NCBI GenBank assembly: GCA_041687695.1
Contig: JAWLBL010000033.1
Span: 1 to 64,000, forward strand
Source: Myxococcota bacterium
Lineage (GTDB): Bacteria; Myxococcota_A; UBA9042; PHBI01; JAWLBL01
Length of the DNA stretch: 64,000 bases
Reading direction: 5' to 3'
Shown here: positions 17,363 to 29,545 of the stretch, one piece after another
How positions within the stretch are numbered: position 1 is the first letter of the stretch
Layout: every line of letters starts with the position of its first letter
Made by a program: the position numbers and the translations under genes
The notes under the pieces: model-generated
Told to the model about the DNA's origin: nothing
Databases searched by the model: none
What the model saw: only the letters and a program-made list of their open reading frames with translations

Positions 17363-18169
17363 TCAGCCGGCCGCGCGGGCGCCCGGCAGGTCGCCGTCGC
17401 CGCGCCGGAGCGTCAGGAGATCGAGGGCGTGCCGGTAGCCGTCCAGGGTGCCGACGTCCACGTAGGACTCGCCCGAGCGCACGGCGACGGCCTGGCCGCC
17501 ACGCGCCAGGTACTCGTTGACCAGCGTGCCGATGTAGGGGTCGCGCCGATCGCGCTCGTGCCACAGGGCCTCGAGGGCGCGCAGGACGGCGCCCTTGACC
17601 TTGAAGGCGCCCCAGACCCAGTGGGTGCGCGCCTCGGGCGACTTGACCTGGATCTCGAGGACGTGACCGCGCTCGTCGGTGACCACCGCGTCGAAGTGCT
17701 CGGGCCGCTCGACCGGGAAGAGCAGGAAGCTCAAGCCGCCGGCGCCCAGGCCGCCCAGGCCGTCCTCGGGGAACCAGACGGTGTCCGGCAGGCCGACCAG
17801 GACCTCGTCCTCGTCGTCGATGAGCGGCAGCGCGCAGAAGATGGCGTCGCACAGCCCGTCGGGGCGCTGCTGCACGGTGTAGCAGACGCTGGCCGGGCCG
17901 ACGCGGCCGCCGAAGTAGGCGACGATGTCGCTCTTGTGCGGCGAGATGACGAAGCACAGGCGCGTCGCGCCGGCGCGGATCATGCGGTCGACCAGGTACT
18001 CGCTGACCGCGCGGGGGCGCTCGACGCCGGCCTCGAGGCGGCTGCCGACCGGGAGCAGCTCCTTGGAGAAGGCGAGGGGCTGGATGCGGCTGCCCTGCCC
18101 GGCGGCGGGGATGATGCCCCAGACCGACGGGCCCGAGGGCGCCGAGGTGGCGTGGTGTGGACGGGTCAT
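17363..18169 (-). CDS. Sugar-phosphate nucleotidyltransferase (RmlA-like)
   Basis: GIIPAAGQGSR..P...SKELLPVG and DVGTLDGY motifs. Confidence 0.85.
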   Translation of the reverse strand: MTRPHHATSAPSGPSVWGIIPAAGQGSRIQPLAFSKELLPVGSRLEAGVERPRAVSEYLVDRMIRAGATRLCFVISPHKSDIVAYFGGRVGPASVCYTVQQRPDGLCDAIFCALPLIDDEDEVLVGLPDTVWFPEDGLGGLGAGGLSFLLFPVERPEHFDAVVTDERGHVLEIQVKSPEARTHWVWGAFKVKGAVLRALEALWHERDRRDPYIGTLVNEYLARGGQAVAVRSGESYVDVGTLDGYRHALDLLTLRRGDGDLPGARAAG

Positions 18170-18173
18170 GGGG

Positions 18174-19283
18174 TCACCCCTGGGCCGAGGCGGCGGGGCG
18201 ATCGTCGCCGCGGCGGGTGGAGGCTTGGGAGAGCAGGTCGAGCAGCTCGTCGGCCCGGTGGGCGGCGGTGTGCTCGGCGAGGACGCGCTCGCGGGCGCGG
18301 CGGCCGATGGCGGCGAGGCGCTCGGGGCCGAGCTCGAGGGCGGCCAGGGTGTCGTCGGCGGTGCGCGCGGGCAGCAGCTGGTCGCCGAGGTCGAAGAAGT
18401 GGTCCAGGCCGTCCCAGAGGTCGCTGAGGACGGGGGTGCCGCAGGCGGCGGCCTCGAACAGGCGGGCCGAGGGGCACCAGCCCATGGCGGCCATGGGGCC
18501 GCGGGTGACGTTCACGGTCAGCGGCGAGGCGGCGTAGAAGGCGGCGTGGTCGGAGGGCGGCAGGTGGCGGACGAACATCAGGTTGTCGGTCCAGGGGAAG
18601 CCCTCGGGGTACTGGGCGCCGCCGATGACGAAGCGCAGGTCCGGGCAGCGGCGGGCGGGCTCGAGGAACAGGGCGTCGAGGGCGGCCTGGCGGTCGGCCG
18701 CCCAGGTGCCGAGGTAGCTGAGGTCGGCCTGGAACTCGGGGCGCGGCGGGGCCGGGGCGTGCACGGCGGGGTCGACGCTGCCGTACAGCGGGCGGGCGTC
18801 GCGGGCGCCGAGGCGGTCGCGGAGGGCGTCGAGGGCGCGGCCGCCGGTGTAGCTGAGGACGAGGTCGAAGCCGCCGAGGCCCTCGGGGGGCAGGTAGGGC
18901 GGGCGCTGGCCGTCGTCGAGGCGGGCGAGGGTGACCGGCGTGTCGAGGTCGTAGAAGGCGCGGACGGCGGCCGGCGAGTCGAGGACCAGGCGCGCCGCGG
19001 CGACGCCGTCGGGGCAGTAGGAGGTGACCAGGGCGGCGTCGGCGTCGCGCAGGTGGCGGGCGGCCTGGCCGCGGACGGCCTCCCAGTCGGGGTAGAGGAC
19101 GAGCTGGGCGGGGGCTTCGAGGGCGTCGAGGTCGCGGGTGTCGCGGTAGTAGGGGACGTCCTTCTCGAAGAACACGACCCGGTGGCCGCGCCGCGACAGG
19201 CTCTCGACGAGCCCGCGCCACAGCGTCGCGTGGCCGTTGCCCCACGACGAGCTGACGGACAGGCCGAAGATGACCAGCTTCAT
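18174..19283 (-). CDS. CgeB/YkvP-type glycosyltransferase
   Basis: SSWGNGHAT, FYDLDTP and RLFEAAACG...HTAAHRA motifs. Confidence 0.85.
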   Translation of the reverse strand: MKLVIFGLSVSSSWGNGHATLWRGLVESLSRRGHRVVFFEKDVPYYRDTRDLDALEAPAQLVLYPDWEAVRGQAARHLRDADAALVTSYCPDGVAAARLVLDSPAAVRAFYDLDTPVTLARLDDGQRPPYLPPEGLGGFDLVLSYTGGRALDALRDRLGARDARPLYGSVDPAVHAPAPPRPEFQADLSYLGTWAADRQAALDALFLEPARRCPDLRFVIGGAQYPEGFPWTDNLMFVRHLPPSDHAAFYAASPLTVNVTRGPMAAMGWCPSARLFEAAACGTPVLSDLWDGLDHFFDLGDQLLPARTADDTLAALELGPERLAAIGRRARERVLAEHTAAHRADELLDLLSQASTRRGDDRPAASAQG

Positions 19284-19480
19284 GGACGAGGCTCCACGGG
19301 CGCGGACCCTCACGCGCTGAAGGCGCGCGGAGGGCCTCGGCGCGGGGGTCGGAGGGCGGGGGATGCGGCTGGGGAGGTCCTTGGGAAGCTAGGTCGGCCG
19401 CCGGCCGCTCACAATCTTTCGGCTCCGAGCGGCCTGTCGCGGGGGCTCGGGCGCCGCCTCGGGGTGAGCCGTCGCGAGGC

Positions 19481-21562
19481 TCACGGGCGCCGCGTCAACG
19501 TGAGCGCGTGCTGCGCGTGGTCGGTCGCTCCCCAGTCGCGTTTGTAGGCTTCGTCGCCGCGCAGGAAGTCGAAGGTGTGGGCGCCTTCGTCGATCGCCTG
19601 GCCCATGGCGTGGTGCAGGGCGAGCGCGCCCGGCGACAGGTGCTTGAGATCGGGGTCGAAGCCGCTGAGGTAGAAGGCGACGCGGCCCTTGTCGGCGAAG
19701 GCGTAGAGCACCGCCGCCAGCGCGCCGCCGATGCGGACGCCGTACAGGCGCAGGGCGCCGGCCGCGGCGAGGCCCTGGGCGGCCTGGGTGTGCATCTGCT
19801 GGAGCAGCGGATCGGCCAGGACGCCGGGCTCGCCGCGGGCCTGCCAGCGGGCGGCGTGGAGGCGGAACAGGGCGTCCATCAGGCCGGGCACCGTGTCGGG
19901 CGTGGCGCGCTCGAAGCGGAGGCCGCCCTCGCGGTGCGCGCGACGTAGAGAGTAGGCGACGTTGCGGCGCAGCCAGGTCGGCAGGCCGCGCTCCCACTCG
20001 GCGCGCGTGGCCGGCAGGGCGACGCGCGGGGCGACGCCGAGGGCGCGGCGCGAGGCGGCGAGGCGGGCGGGCAGGGCGGCGGCGAGCAGGGGCGCGCCTT
20101 CGGGCAGCTCGGCCAGCTCGGCGCGGTCCCAGGGTTCGGCGCGATCGGCCAGGTGCTCGAGCATCAGGGCCAGGTCGGGTCGGGCGTGCCGCGGGTCGAG
20201 CAGCGGGCCCAGGTGGTCGCTGACGCCTTCGCCCAGGAAGGTGGCGACCTGCAGGCCGTCGTGATCGCGGACGCGCAGGGGCATGAGGCCGGTCAGGCGG
20301 CCGTCGCGGCGGACCGCCAGCGTCATCAGGCCGCCCGGCGCGAAGGCGCGCGCCCAGGGCAGGAGCCACTCGGGGCGCTGGAAGGTGGTGGCGTCCGGGT
20401 CGCGGTCGAAGAGGTCGGCCCAGTCGGGGGCGAGGGCCTCGAGGTCTTCGAGGCGCTCGATGGTCGCGACCGTGAGCTGGCCGGAGGGCGCCGAGGCGAC
20501 GACGGTCGACGCCGAGGGGCGGGGGCGGGCGCGGCGGGCCAGGTCGGCGTAGAGCTCGAGGTAGGCGCGGGCGGTGGCCTCGGCGGTGAAGCGCTGCTCG
20601 GCGGCGCGGCGGCAGGCGTGCGGGTCCAGGGTGTGGGCGTTGGCGATGGCCGCGGCCATCTCTTCGGCGTCCTTGACGAGGAAGCCGGTGACGCCGTGCT
20701 CGACGATCTCGGTCAGGGCGCCCGCGCGGAAGGCGATGACGGGGGTGCCGCAGGCCAGGGCCTCCATGGCGGCTAGCGAGCTGGTCTCGGGGACCAGGCT
20801 GGGGGCCAGCAGGCAGCGGGCGCCGGCCAGCAGCTCGCGCTTGCCCTCGAGATCGGCGGGGCCGAGGAAGCGGTGGGGCCACTCGAGGCGCGGCAGGACC
20901 TCGTCGCGGAAGTACTCGCGGTGGGCGGCGTAGTCGAAGATCTGGCCGGCCAGCATCAGCGGGACGCCGGCGCGCGTGGCGGCCTCGAGGGCGAGGTGGT
21001 AGCCCTTCTCGGGGCAGATGCGGCCCAGCGCGACGGCGTAGTCGTCCTTGCGGGCGCCCAGGTGGAAGCGGTCGATCGGGACGCCGTTGGCGACCACGCC
21101 GACGACGCGGTCGCTGGGGGGGCAGGCCGCCCGCTGCGAGGCGGACACGCAGTTGAGCCAGGTGTCGGGGCGGGTCAGGGCGAAGACCTCGGCCGGGTAC
21201 CAGGCGGGGGGGAGGTGCAGCGTCGCCAGGACTGGCGGGCCGGCCGGGGGCAGGTAGTCGTGGAAGTCGACGCCGTGGAAGTGGACCAGGTCGACCTCGT
21301 GCTCGGCGGTGGCGCGGGCGATGGCGCCGCGGACGGCGGCCTGGGCGCGCAGGCGGGTCGTGACGTCGAGGGCGCCGTCGGCCGCCGGGACGGGCAGGAG
21401 CTCGCCGCGGCAGCGCGAGCCCTGGGGGGCGATGACGAGGGAGCGGTGGCCGGCCCGGACGAGGGCCTCGTCGAGCAGGCTCAGGACCTGCTCGGCGCCG
21501 CCGACCGCGTCGGGGCCGACGGGCGCGAGCGGGTAGGCGACGTTGAGGACGGTCAGGGCCAT
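19481..21562 (-). CDS. GT4 glycosyltransferase fused to a CelD/BcsL-type GNAT domain
   Basis: N-half: GGAEQV, GRICPEKG, EALACGTPV. C-half: FQRPEWL..W, YLSGFDP, FDFLRGDEAYK.W. Confidence 0.85.
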   Translation of the reverse strand: MALTVLNVAYPLAPVGPDAVGGAEQVLSLLDEALVRAGHRSLVIAPQGSRCRGELLPVPAADGALDVTTRLRAQAAVRGAIARATAEHEVDLVHFHGVDFHDYLPPAGPPVLATLHLPPAWYPAEVFALTRPDTWLNCVSASQRAACPPSDRVVGVVANGVPIDRFHLGARKDDYAVALGRICPEKGYHLALEAATRAGVPLMLAGQIFDYAAHREYFRDEVLPRLEWPHRFLGPADLEGKRELLAGARCLLAPSLVPETSSLAAMEALACGTPVIAFRAGALTEIVEHGVTGFLVKDAEEMAAAIANAHTLDPHACRRAAEQRFTAEATARAYLELYADLARRARPRPSASTVVASAPSGQLTVATIERLEDLEALAPDWADLFDRDPDATTFQRPEWLLPWARAFAPGGLMTLAVRRDGRLTGLMPLRVRDHDGLQVATFLGEGVSDHLGPLLDPRHARPDLALMLEHLADRAEPWDRAELAELPEGAPLLAAALPARLAASRRALGVAPRVALPATRAEWERGLPTWLRRNVAYSLRRAHREGGLRFERATPDTVPGLMDALFRLHAARWQARGEPGVLADPLLQQMHTQAAQGLAAAGALRLYGVRIGGALAAVLYAFADKGRVAFYLSGFDPDLKHLSPGALALHHAMGQAIDEGAHTFDFLRGDEAYKRDWGATDHAQHALTLTRRP

Positions 21563-22416
21563 GGCGGAGGCTCCAGGCCGAGGCCATGCGTGGCGTCACG
21601 GACGAGCTCGCGGAAGCGGGCGCCGCCGGGCCCCCAGCCCTGGCGCTCGTAGTAGAGCGGGCCGTCGTGGGGCGGTGCGGTGAAGTCGTAGGCGGGGGCG
21701 ACGCGGAGGCGCTCGGTGTCGGCGGGGAAGGCGGCCAGGACGTCGCGCTGGCTGGGGTAGGCGGCGACGAGGCGGGCGACGAGGGCGCGCTGGGCCGCGT
21801 CGAGGGGGCGCTCGAGCGTCGGCGTGTCGGCCGGGAGGAAGCGCTGCGGCGTGAAGGGGCCGCCGTGGCCGTGGTAGCCGGCGAACTCGACGACGGCGGG
21901 GCGTCCGAGGCCGAAGCGGCGGGCGAAGGCGGCGACGGCGTGGACGGCGAGGGCGGTGGCGTCGTGGTCGGGGTGGCCGCCCTCGTAGGCGTGGGTGACC
22001 AGGACGGCAGGGCGGTGGCGCGCGACCAGGGCGTACAGGGCGCGCGCGATGTCGGCCATGACGTAGCAGGCCTCCTGGTCGAGGATGGCCAGGGCGTGCA
22101 GGCGATCGGGGGCCAGGCCGACCTGAGCCATGGCGGCGGCGGCCTCGACGCGGCGGCGGGCGGCGTAGGCGAGGCGCTCGGGGTCCGTGATGGGCTGGGG
22201 GCGGCTGGGGTCGAGGGGGGCGCCGTCGGTGACGTGGACGACGCGGGCGTCCGCGCAACGGGCGAGCAGGGGGCCGGCGCCGAGGCTCTCGTCGTCGGGG
22301 TGCGCGGCGACGACCATGACGGGCACCTGGACGCGGTCGGCGGCGAGCAGGCGCAGCGGCGCGGAGTCGGTCGCCGGCCGGGGACGGAGCGGTTCGAGGC
22401 GATGGACGGAGCTCAT
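21553..22416 (-). CDS. PIG-L/LmbE family N-acetylglucosaminyl deacetylase
   Basis: AHPDDE and GGHPDHD metal-binding motifs. Confidence 0.85.
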   Translation of the reverse strand: MSSVHRLEPLRPRPATDSAPLRLLAADRVQVPVMVVAAHPDDESLGAGPLLARCADARVVHVTDGAPLDPSRPQPITDPERLAYAARRRVEAAAAMAQVGLAPDRLHALAILDQEACYVMADIARALYALVARHRPAVLVTHAYEGGHPDHDATALAVHAVAAFARRFGLGRPAVVEFAGYHGHGGPFTPQRFLPADTPTLERPLDAAQRALVARLVAAYPSQRDVLAAFPADTERLRVAPAYDFTAPPHDGPLYYERQGWGPGGARFRELVRDATHGLGLEPPPWP

Positions 22417-22567
22417 CGACACCTCTCGCGGGGCGCGGGGACGGGCGGACGGCCGGACGCTCGGGAGCCGGTTTCGCCGGGGCGCGGCGGGGCTCGGCGG
22501 GGCGTCTCGCGTCACTGTAAGCAGGGGCCCCGGCAGGACCAAGGCTTCGGCTCGTAACCCGGCGGGG

Positions 22568-25009
22568 TCAGCCGGGGGCCGCGGGGAGCCACACGCGGAA
22601 GGTGGTGCCTTCGCCCAGGCGCGTGTCGACCTCGATGTGCCCCCCGTGGGCCTCGACCAGCGCGCGGCTGATCGGCAGGCCCAGGCCGGTGCCCGCGTAG
22701 GCGACGTCGGTGGCTCGCTCGAAGGGCTCGAAGATGCGCGGCAGGAAGTCGGGGGCGATGCCCGGGCCGGCGTCGCGGACGGCCAGCAGGGCGAAGCGGC
22801 GCCCGTCGCGCTCGGCCTCGGCGCTCCACAGCGCGACGCGTCCGCCGGCAGGGGAGACGCGCACCGCGTTGGCGAGCAGGTTCGTCAGGACCTGCACGAT
22901 GCGCTGGGGATCGCAGTCGACCGGCGGGGGCGGGGGACCGGGCAGGGCGGTGAGCTGCACGTCGGCGTCGCGCGCGATGACCTGCATGAGCGAGCAGGCC
23001 TCGCGGAGCAGGTCGTCGGGGTCGCTGCGCACCGGGCGGATGGCCACCGCGCCAGCCTCGATGGCCTCGTAGTCGAGCAGATCGCGCAGCAGGGCGTCCA
23101 TGCGCTCCACGGCGCGGCGGATGGCCGCCAGCTTGTCCGGCACGCGCTCGAGGCGCTGGTGCTCGAGGGCGCGTTGGATCTGTTCGCGAGACAGCGAGAT
23201 CACGCTGAGCGGGCTCTTGAGATCGTGGGAGACCACGCGCATGACCCGCTCGCGCGAGGCGACGGCGTGGTTGGCGCGCGCGAGGGCCAGGTCGGCCTCC
23301 GTGCGGGCCCGCTGCTCGGAGCGGAGCAGGGCCTCGCGCTCCTGCTCGGCGGCGAGGCGCTCGGTCTCGTCGCGCATGATGACGACCGCGCCGAGCGACG
23401 CCCCGGACGCGTCGCGGAGTGGTGTAGCCGTGCCGAGCAGCTCTCGGACCTCCCCGTCGGGGCGACGGACCCGGATGACGGCCCCGTGCAGCGACTGGCC
23501 GAGGCGCAGGGCGCGATACAGCGGCGCCTGCTCCGCGGGCAGGATACGGCCATCGGCGTCGATCAGCTCGTACGTGCGGGCCCACGCCTCGGGCTGGACG
23601 TCGGTGATGCCGCGTCCGAGCTGCTCGGCGGCCGCGGGGTTCATGAAGCGCAGCCGCCCGTCGGCGTCGGCGACCACGATGCCGTCGCCGCTCTGCTCGA
23701 CGACGACCTCGAGCAGCGTCTGGGTCTCACGCAGCTTCGCGGCCGCGCGCTCCTGCTCGGTCGTGTCCACGAGCAGGCCGCCGAGGGCGACCGTGCGTCC
23801 TCCGTCGCCGAGGATGGGGAACCAGGTGATGCGTAGCGCGCTCGCGCCGAAGTGGTACAGGACGTTGTACATCGGCTCGCCGGTGGTCAGGACGCGCTGC
23901 AAGGCGGGCCGCACCACGTCGGCGTTCTGGGAGCCGATGACTTCCTCGATGGGCCGCCCGAGGTGGTCCTCGACGGGATGACCGTTGAGCCTGGCCAGCG
24001 CCTCGTTCACCCGGACGTAACGCAGGTCGCGATCGACGATGGCCGCGCCGAAGGGGGCGGCCGCGAAGAACGCGCGCAGCTCGGACTCGGCCTGGGTGGC
24101 GCGCTCGGTGGCGGCCCGAGCGGTGGCCACGGCCATGCTGGCGGCGACGGCGGAGGCGGCGCGGTCGGCCAGGGCGCGGAAGAGCCGCTCCTCGTGGGCC
24201 CAGACGGTGGCCAGCGTGTCGGAGGCGATGTGGAGGACGCCGACGGATTGGCCGCCGTGCATGAGCGGGAGCGCCTCGAAGGCCGACAGCCCCTGCCCGG
24301 CGGCGACGAGCGCCGACAGGCGCGGTGACGGAGGGCGCCCGGTGACGGGGCGGTGCGCTCGGAAGGCGGCGCCGATCAGCGGATCGTCGAGGGGGACGCT
24401 CAGGCTGTGTTCGGGGGCGCCGCCGCGCGACCAGACCGCGCGCAGGACCAGGGCGTCCCCCTCGGGGATCCACAGGCCGGCGCTGACGACGCTGGGGGCG
24501 CCGGCCAGGGCGCCGAGGAGGGCGCGCAGGAGTTGGTCGAGATCGGTGGCTTCGGCCTCGGCGGTCGCCACCGCGTCGAGGGCGGCGAAGGTCTGATCGC
24601 GAATGGACTCGTAGTGTTCGACGAGGGTCTGGGTCGCGTGGTTGATGAGGCGATCGAGCGAGAGCAGGTCGCGGCACTCGAGATGATGCGCGCTGCGCGC
24701 GGCGACGAGCACGATGGCCTCGCGCAGCAGGCCGTACTCGCGGACGGCGCGGCCGAGGCCGACGCCCAGATCGATGCGTTGCAGGGCGTGTAGATCGGGG
24801 ACGCGGGTCAGGTTGGGGCGCTCGCCGGAGGCGACGAGGACGGCGGCGTCCGACAGGAGCGCGGGGATGTGGTCGCGCAGCAGCGGCTCGGCGGCGTCGT
24901 CGAGGTCGGCGGCGTGCAGCAGATCGAGCCACTGCTGGACGATGGCCTCGCGCTGCTCGTCCAGGACGGTAGCCAGGGTGAGGCTGGGTTCCGGGGGGCG
25001 TTGGGGCAC
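22568..25009 (-). CDS. Cytoplasmic sensor histidine kinase (RsbRD-N-like, GAF, 2 PAS, HisKA, HATPase)
   Basis: SHDLKSPL H-box, NLLANA N-box, DAGPGI and GTGLGL G-boxes, and PAS segments. Confidence 0.9.
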   Translation of the reverse strand: MPQRPPEPSLTLATVLDEQREAIVQQWLDLLHAADLDDAAEPLLRDHIPALLSDAAVLVASGERPNLTRVPDLHALQRIDLGVGLGRAVREYGLLREAIVLVAARSAHHLECRDLLSLDRLINHATQTLVEHYESIRDQTFAALDAVATAEAEATDLDQLLRALLGALAGAPSVVSAGLWIPEGDALVLRAVWSRGGAPEHSLSVPLDDPLIGAAFRAHRPVTGRPPSPRLSALVAAGQGLSAFEALPLMHGGQSVGVLHIASDTLATVWAHEERLFRALADRAASAVAASMAVATARAATERATQAESELRAFFAAAPFGAAIVDRDLRYVRVNEALARLNGHPVEDHLGRPIEEVIGSQNADVVRPALQRVLTTGEPMYNVLYHFGASALRITWFPILGDGGRTVALGGLLVDTTEQERAAAKLRETQTLLEVVVEQSGDGIVVADADGRLRFMNPAAAEQLGRGITDVQPEAWARTYELIDADGRILPAEQAPLYRALRLGQSLHGAVIRVRRPDGEVRELLGTATPLRDASGASLGAVVIMRDETERLAAEQEREALLRSEQRARTEADLALARANHAVASRERVMRVVSHDLKSPLSVISLSREQIQRALEHQRLERVPDKLAAIRRAVERMDALLRDLLDYEAIEAGAVAIRPVRSDPDDLLREACSLMQVIARDADVQLTALPGPPPPPVDCDPQRIVQVLTNLLANAVRVSPAGGRVALWSAEAERDGRRFALLAVRDAGPGIAPDFLPRIFEPFERATDVAYAGTGLGLPISRALVEAHGGHIEVDTRLGEGTTFRVWLPAAPG

Positions 25010-25159
25010 GTGGCTACTGTACCGGGCCCACGGGAGGCGTCATGGACGAGGGCACGGAAGGCGAGGCGTCGGCCGCGGCGGGAGTGGGGACGCCGAGCGT
25101 GGATGGAAGCCTCTGGGATTTCGATGGGTTGGGAGCGTCACTCGAACCCGGAGGAGCCC

Positions 25160-26994
<1,835 letters not shown>

Positions 26995-26998
<4 letters not shown>

Positions 26999-28647
26999 GG
27001 GCGGCGCTGGTCGCGGCGGCGGCGCTGTGGGTGGGGTGCGGGCACGCGCCCGCGCGGGTCGAGCAGCCCGAGGCGGCCGTGCCCGAGCTGGCGGGGCGCC
27101 TCGAGGTGACGCTGAGCTCGGGCGAGCGCGAGGTGCGAGTGACGGGGCCTTCGGGAGAGCGCTGGGAGGTGGGCGCCTTCGAGGACGGGGGCGTGTGGCG
27201 CGCGCGGTTCACGCCGAGGGAGGCGGGGCTGCATCGGTGGACCACCGCCGACGGGGCGCGCGCAGGGGCGTTCGTGGCGACGGCGCCGCGGCGCGACGGG
27301 TTCGTGGCGGTGGACCCCGAGGCGCCGACGCGGCTGGTGCGGGCGGACGGGCGGCCGTTCGTGCCGCTGGGGGTCAACCGGTTCAACGTGTACGACCCGC
27401 GGTGGAACTGGCAGGGCAAGGACATCGAGGCGTACGTCGCCTACATGGCGTCGCACGGGCTGAACACCATCCGGGTGTTCGTGTTCGGCGACTGCGAGGA
27501 CGAGTCGTCGCGAGAGCAGGGGGGCGACGGCGCGCAGGTGGGGTGCCTCGAGCCGGCGCCGGGGCGGTTCGACCCCGAGGTGGCGCGGCGCTTCGACCGG
27601 CTGTTCGACGCGGCCGAGGCGCACGGCGTGCAGGTGGTGCTGACGGCCTATGCGGTGGGGTTCACGCCCGCGCCCGAGACCTGGAAGAGCTGGGACGACA
27701 ACCCGTGGTCGACGGCGCGCGGCGGGCCGGTCGACGGGCCGCACGCCTTCTTCGAGCCGGCCCACTGGGACGCGGCGCGGGCGCGGCTGGACATCATCGC
27801 GCGGCGCTGGGGACACTCGCCCAGCTTCCTGGCGCTGGACCTGCTGAACGAGCCCGAGTGGGACGGCGGCGTGCCCGAGGCGCTGTGGCACCCGTGGGCG
27901 GCCGCGATGGCGGCGCACTGGGCGCGGGTGGCGCCGCACGACCAACCGGTGACGGTCGGGTCGGTGGGCCTGCACTGGAACATCGAGGGCGACGAGCACG
28001 CGTGGTGGGGCGACGCGGCCTGTGATCTGGTGCAGTGGCACCTGTACGGGCCGGAGATCTACGACACGCACGCGCTGGCGGCCGAGATGACGCGCAAGGT
28101 CCGCGAGACGCAGCGGCACGGCAAGCCCATCCTGGTCGGCGAGTTTGGCTGGGGCGGCGAGGACCGCGCGCTCTGGGACCACACGCACGTCGGGCTGTGG
28201 TCGGCCTACTTCAGCGGGGCCGCGGCCCTGAGCCACGCGGCGCCCGTGTTCAACGTCGACTCGGACGCGCCGCTGACCCCCGAGCGGGCGCGGCGGTTCA
28301 CGGTGCTGGGGCGCTTCGTCGCGGCGCTGGAGCCGCACGGGAACTTCACCCCCGTGGAAGTGGTGGCGGAGGGGCCGGAGGGGGTGACGGCTTGGGCCCT
28401 GGCGGGCGGCGACGCGCGGGCCGTGTGGTTGCTGGGCCCCAAGGCGGGCTACGGCGAGGGGGTCGCGGGCGCGACCGTCACCTGGGCCGGGATGACTCCT
28501 GGCACGTATCGGCTGCGCTGGTACGACGACGCAGAGGGGACGTGGGCCGACGGGGGCGCGATCGAGGTCGGCGCGGACGGCGTCGCGCGGGCGGCGGCGC
28601 CAGAATTCGTGAGGCACATCGCGGGGTTATTGGATCCGTCGCCCTGA
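26995..28647 (+). CDS. GH5-like (clan A) glycoside hydrolase lipoprotein
   Basis: Lipobox-like WVGC, LLNEPE and LVGEFG catalytic motifs. GTGA overlap with the ABC gene. Confidence 0.75.
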
Positions 28648-28719
28648 CGGGCGGGCTTTCGCGCGAGGTGGGCGCGTCTACGGTTGTCCCGTCACCCCGT
28701 GGTCGACGGAGGAGCCGAG

Positions 28720-29535
28720 ATGACCTATCCGCGCGAGGGCGAGGGCAAAAAGAGGAGCTATTGGTGGGCCTACCCGCTGGGGTTGGCGCTGGTAGTCGCC
28801 GTGATCGCGGGCCTGCTGCTGTACGGACGCGGGGAGGCGCGGGGGCCCGGGCGCACGTTCTCGCCGATGCCGGAGCAGGGGCCGGAGGCGGGGCTGGAGA
28901 CGCCGGTCGAGCCTGGGGCGCCGGGCGGCCCGGCCGAGGCGCGGCCGCCGACGGGGGTGGACCAGATCGATGACGACAGCCCCATCGGCATCGAGCGCCC
29001 GGGGACGGGGCGGCCCTCCTTCGAGGATCCGAGGGTCGACCAGATCCCGGGCGTCCAGGAGGGGGACTTGCCGCCGGAGCGGCGCCCGGACCCGGAGGCG
29101 GTGGCCCCGGCGGGTGAGGCGCTGCGGATGGACGAGCTGGGGGCCGACGCCATCGCGTCGATGAACGCGGCGCCCGAGGCGTTCGACGGGCGGCCCCTGG
29201 CGCTGGGCGCCGCGCGAGTGGAGCAGGTCCTGGGGCCGGGGGTCGTGCTGCTGGGTCCGGTGAGCGAGGCGGAGCAGGCGCCCGCGGGGGCGCGAGGCGG
29301 CGCGGGAGCGCGGCAGCTGCTGGCCATCGGGGCGGGCGGCGAGGGCGATCCGCCGGAGGTCGGCGAGGTGGTGCAGGTGCAGGGGACGGTGCGGGCGCTG
29401 GGCGCGGAGCATGCGTCGCACCCGCAGCTGCCGGCCGGCGTGAACCTGAGCGGGCTGGGTGAGGTGAACGTGTACCTCGAGGTGGAGCGCCTCGAGCCGC
29501 GCGGCGGGTCGGGGGCGGCCCGGCCGGCGCCGTGA
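28720..29535 (+). CDS. Membrane-anchored protein with Pro-rich linker and putative OB-fold domain
   Basis: N-terminal TM helix, GGAGGAG RBS, and a GEVVQVQGTVR strand pattern. Confidence 0.6.
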   Translation: MTYPREGEGKKRSYWWAYPLGLALVVAVIAGLLLYGRGEARGPGRTFSPMPEQGPEAGLETPVEPGAPGGPAEARPPTGVDQIDDDSPIGIERPGTGRPSFEDPRVDQIPGVQEGDLPPERRPDPEAVAPAGEALRMDELGADAIASMNAAPEAFDGRPLALGAARVEQVLGPGVVLLGPVSEAEQAPAGARGGAGARQLLAIGAGGEGDPPEVGEVVQVQGTVRALGAEHASHPQLPAGVNLSGLGEVNVYLEVERLEPRGGSGAARPAP

Positions 29536-29545
29536 GGGAGGGGTC

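Noticed and set aside
15065..22416. A true mycothiol pathway
   Set aside because: No MshC cysteine ligase is in the window and the GNAT is CelD/BcsL-type rather than MshD-type, so it is kept only as an analogy.
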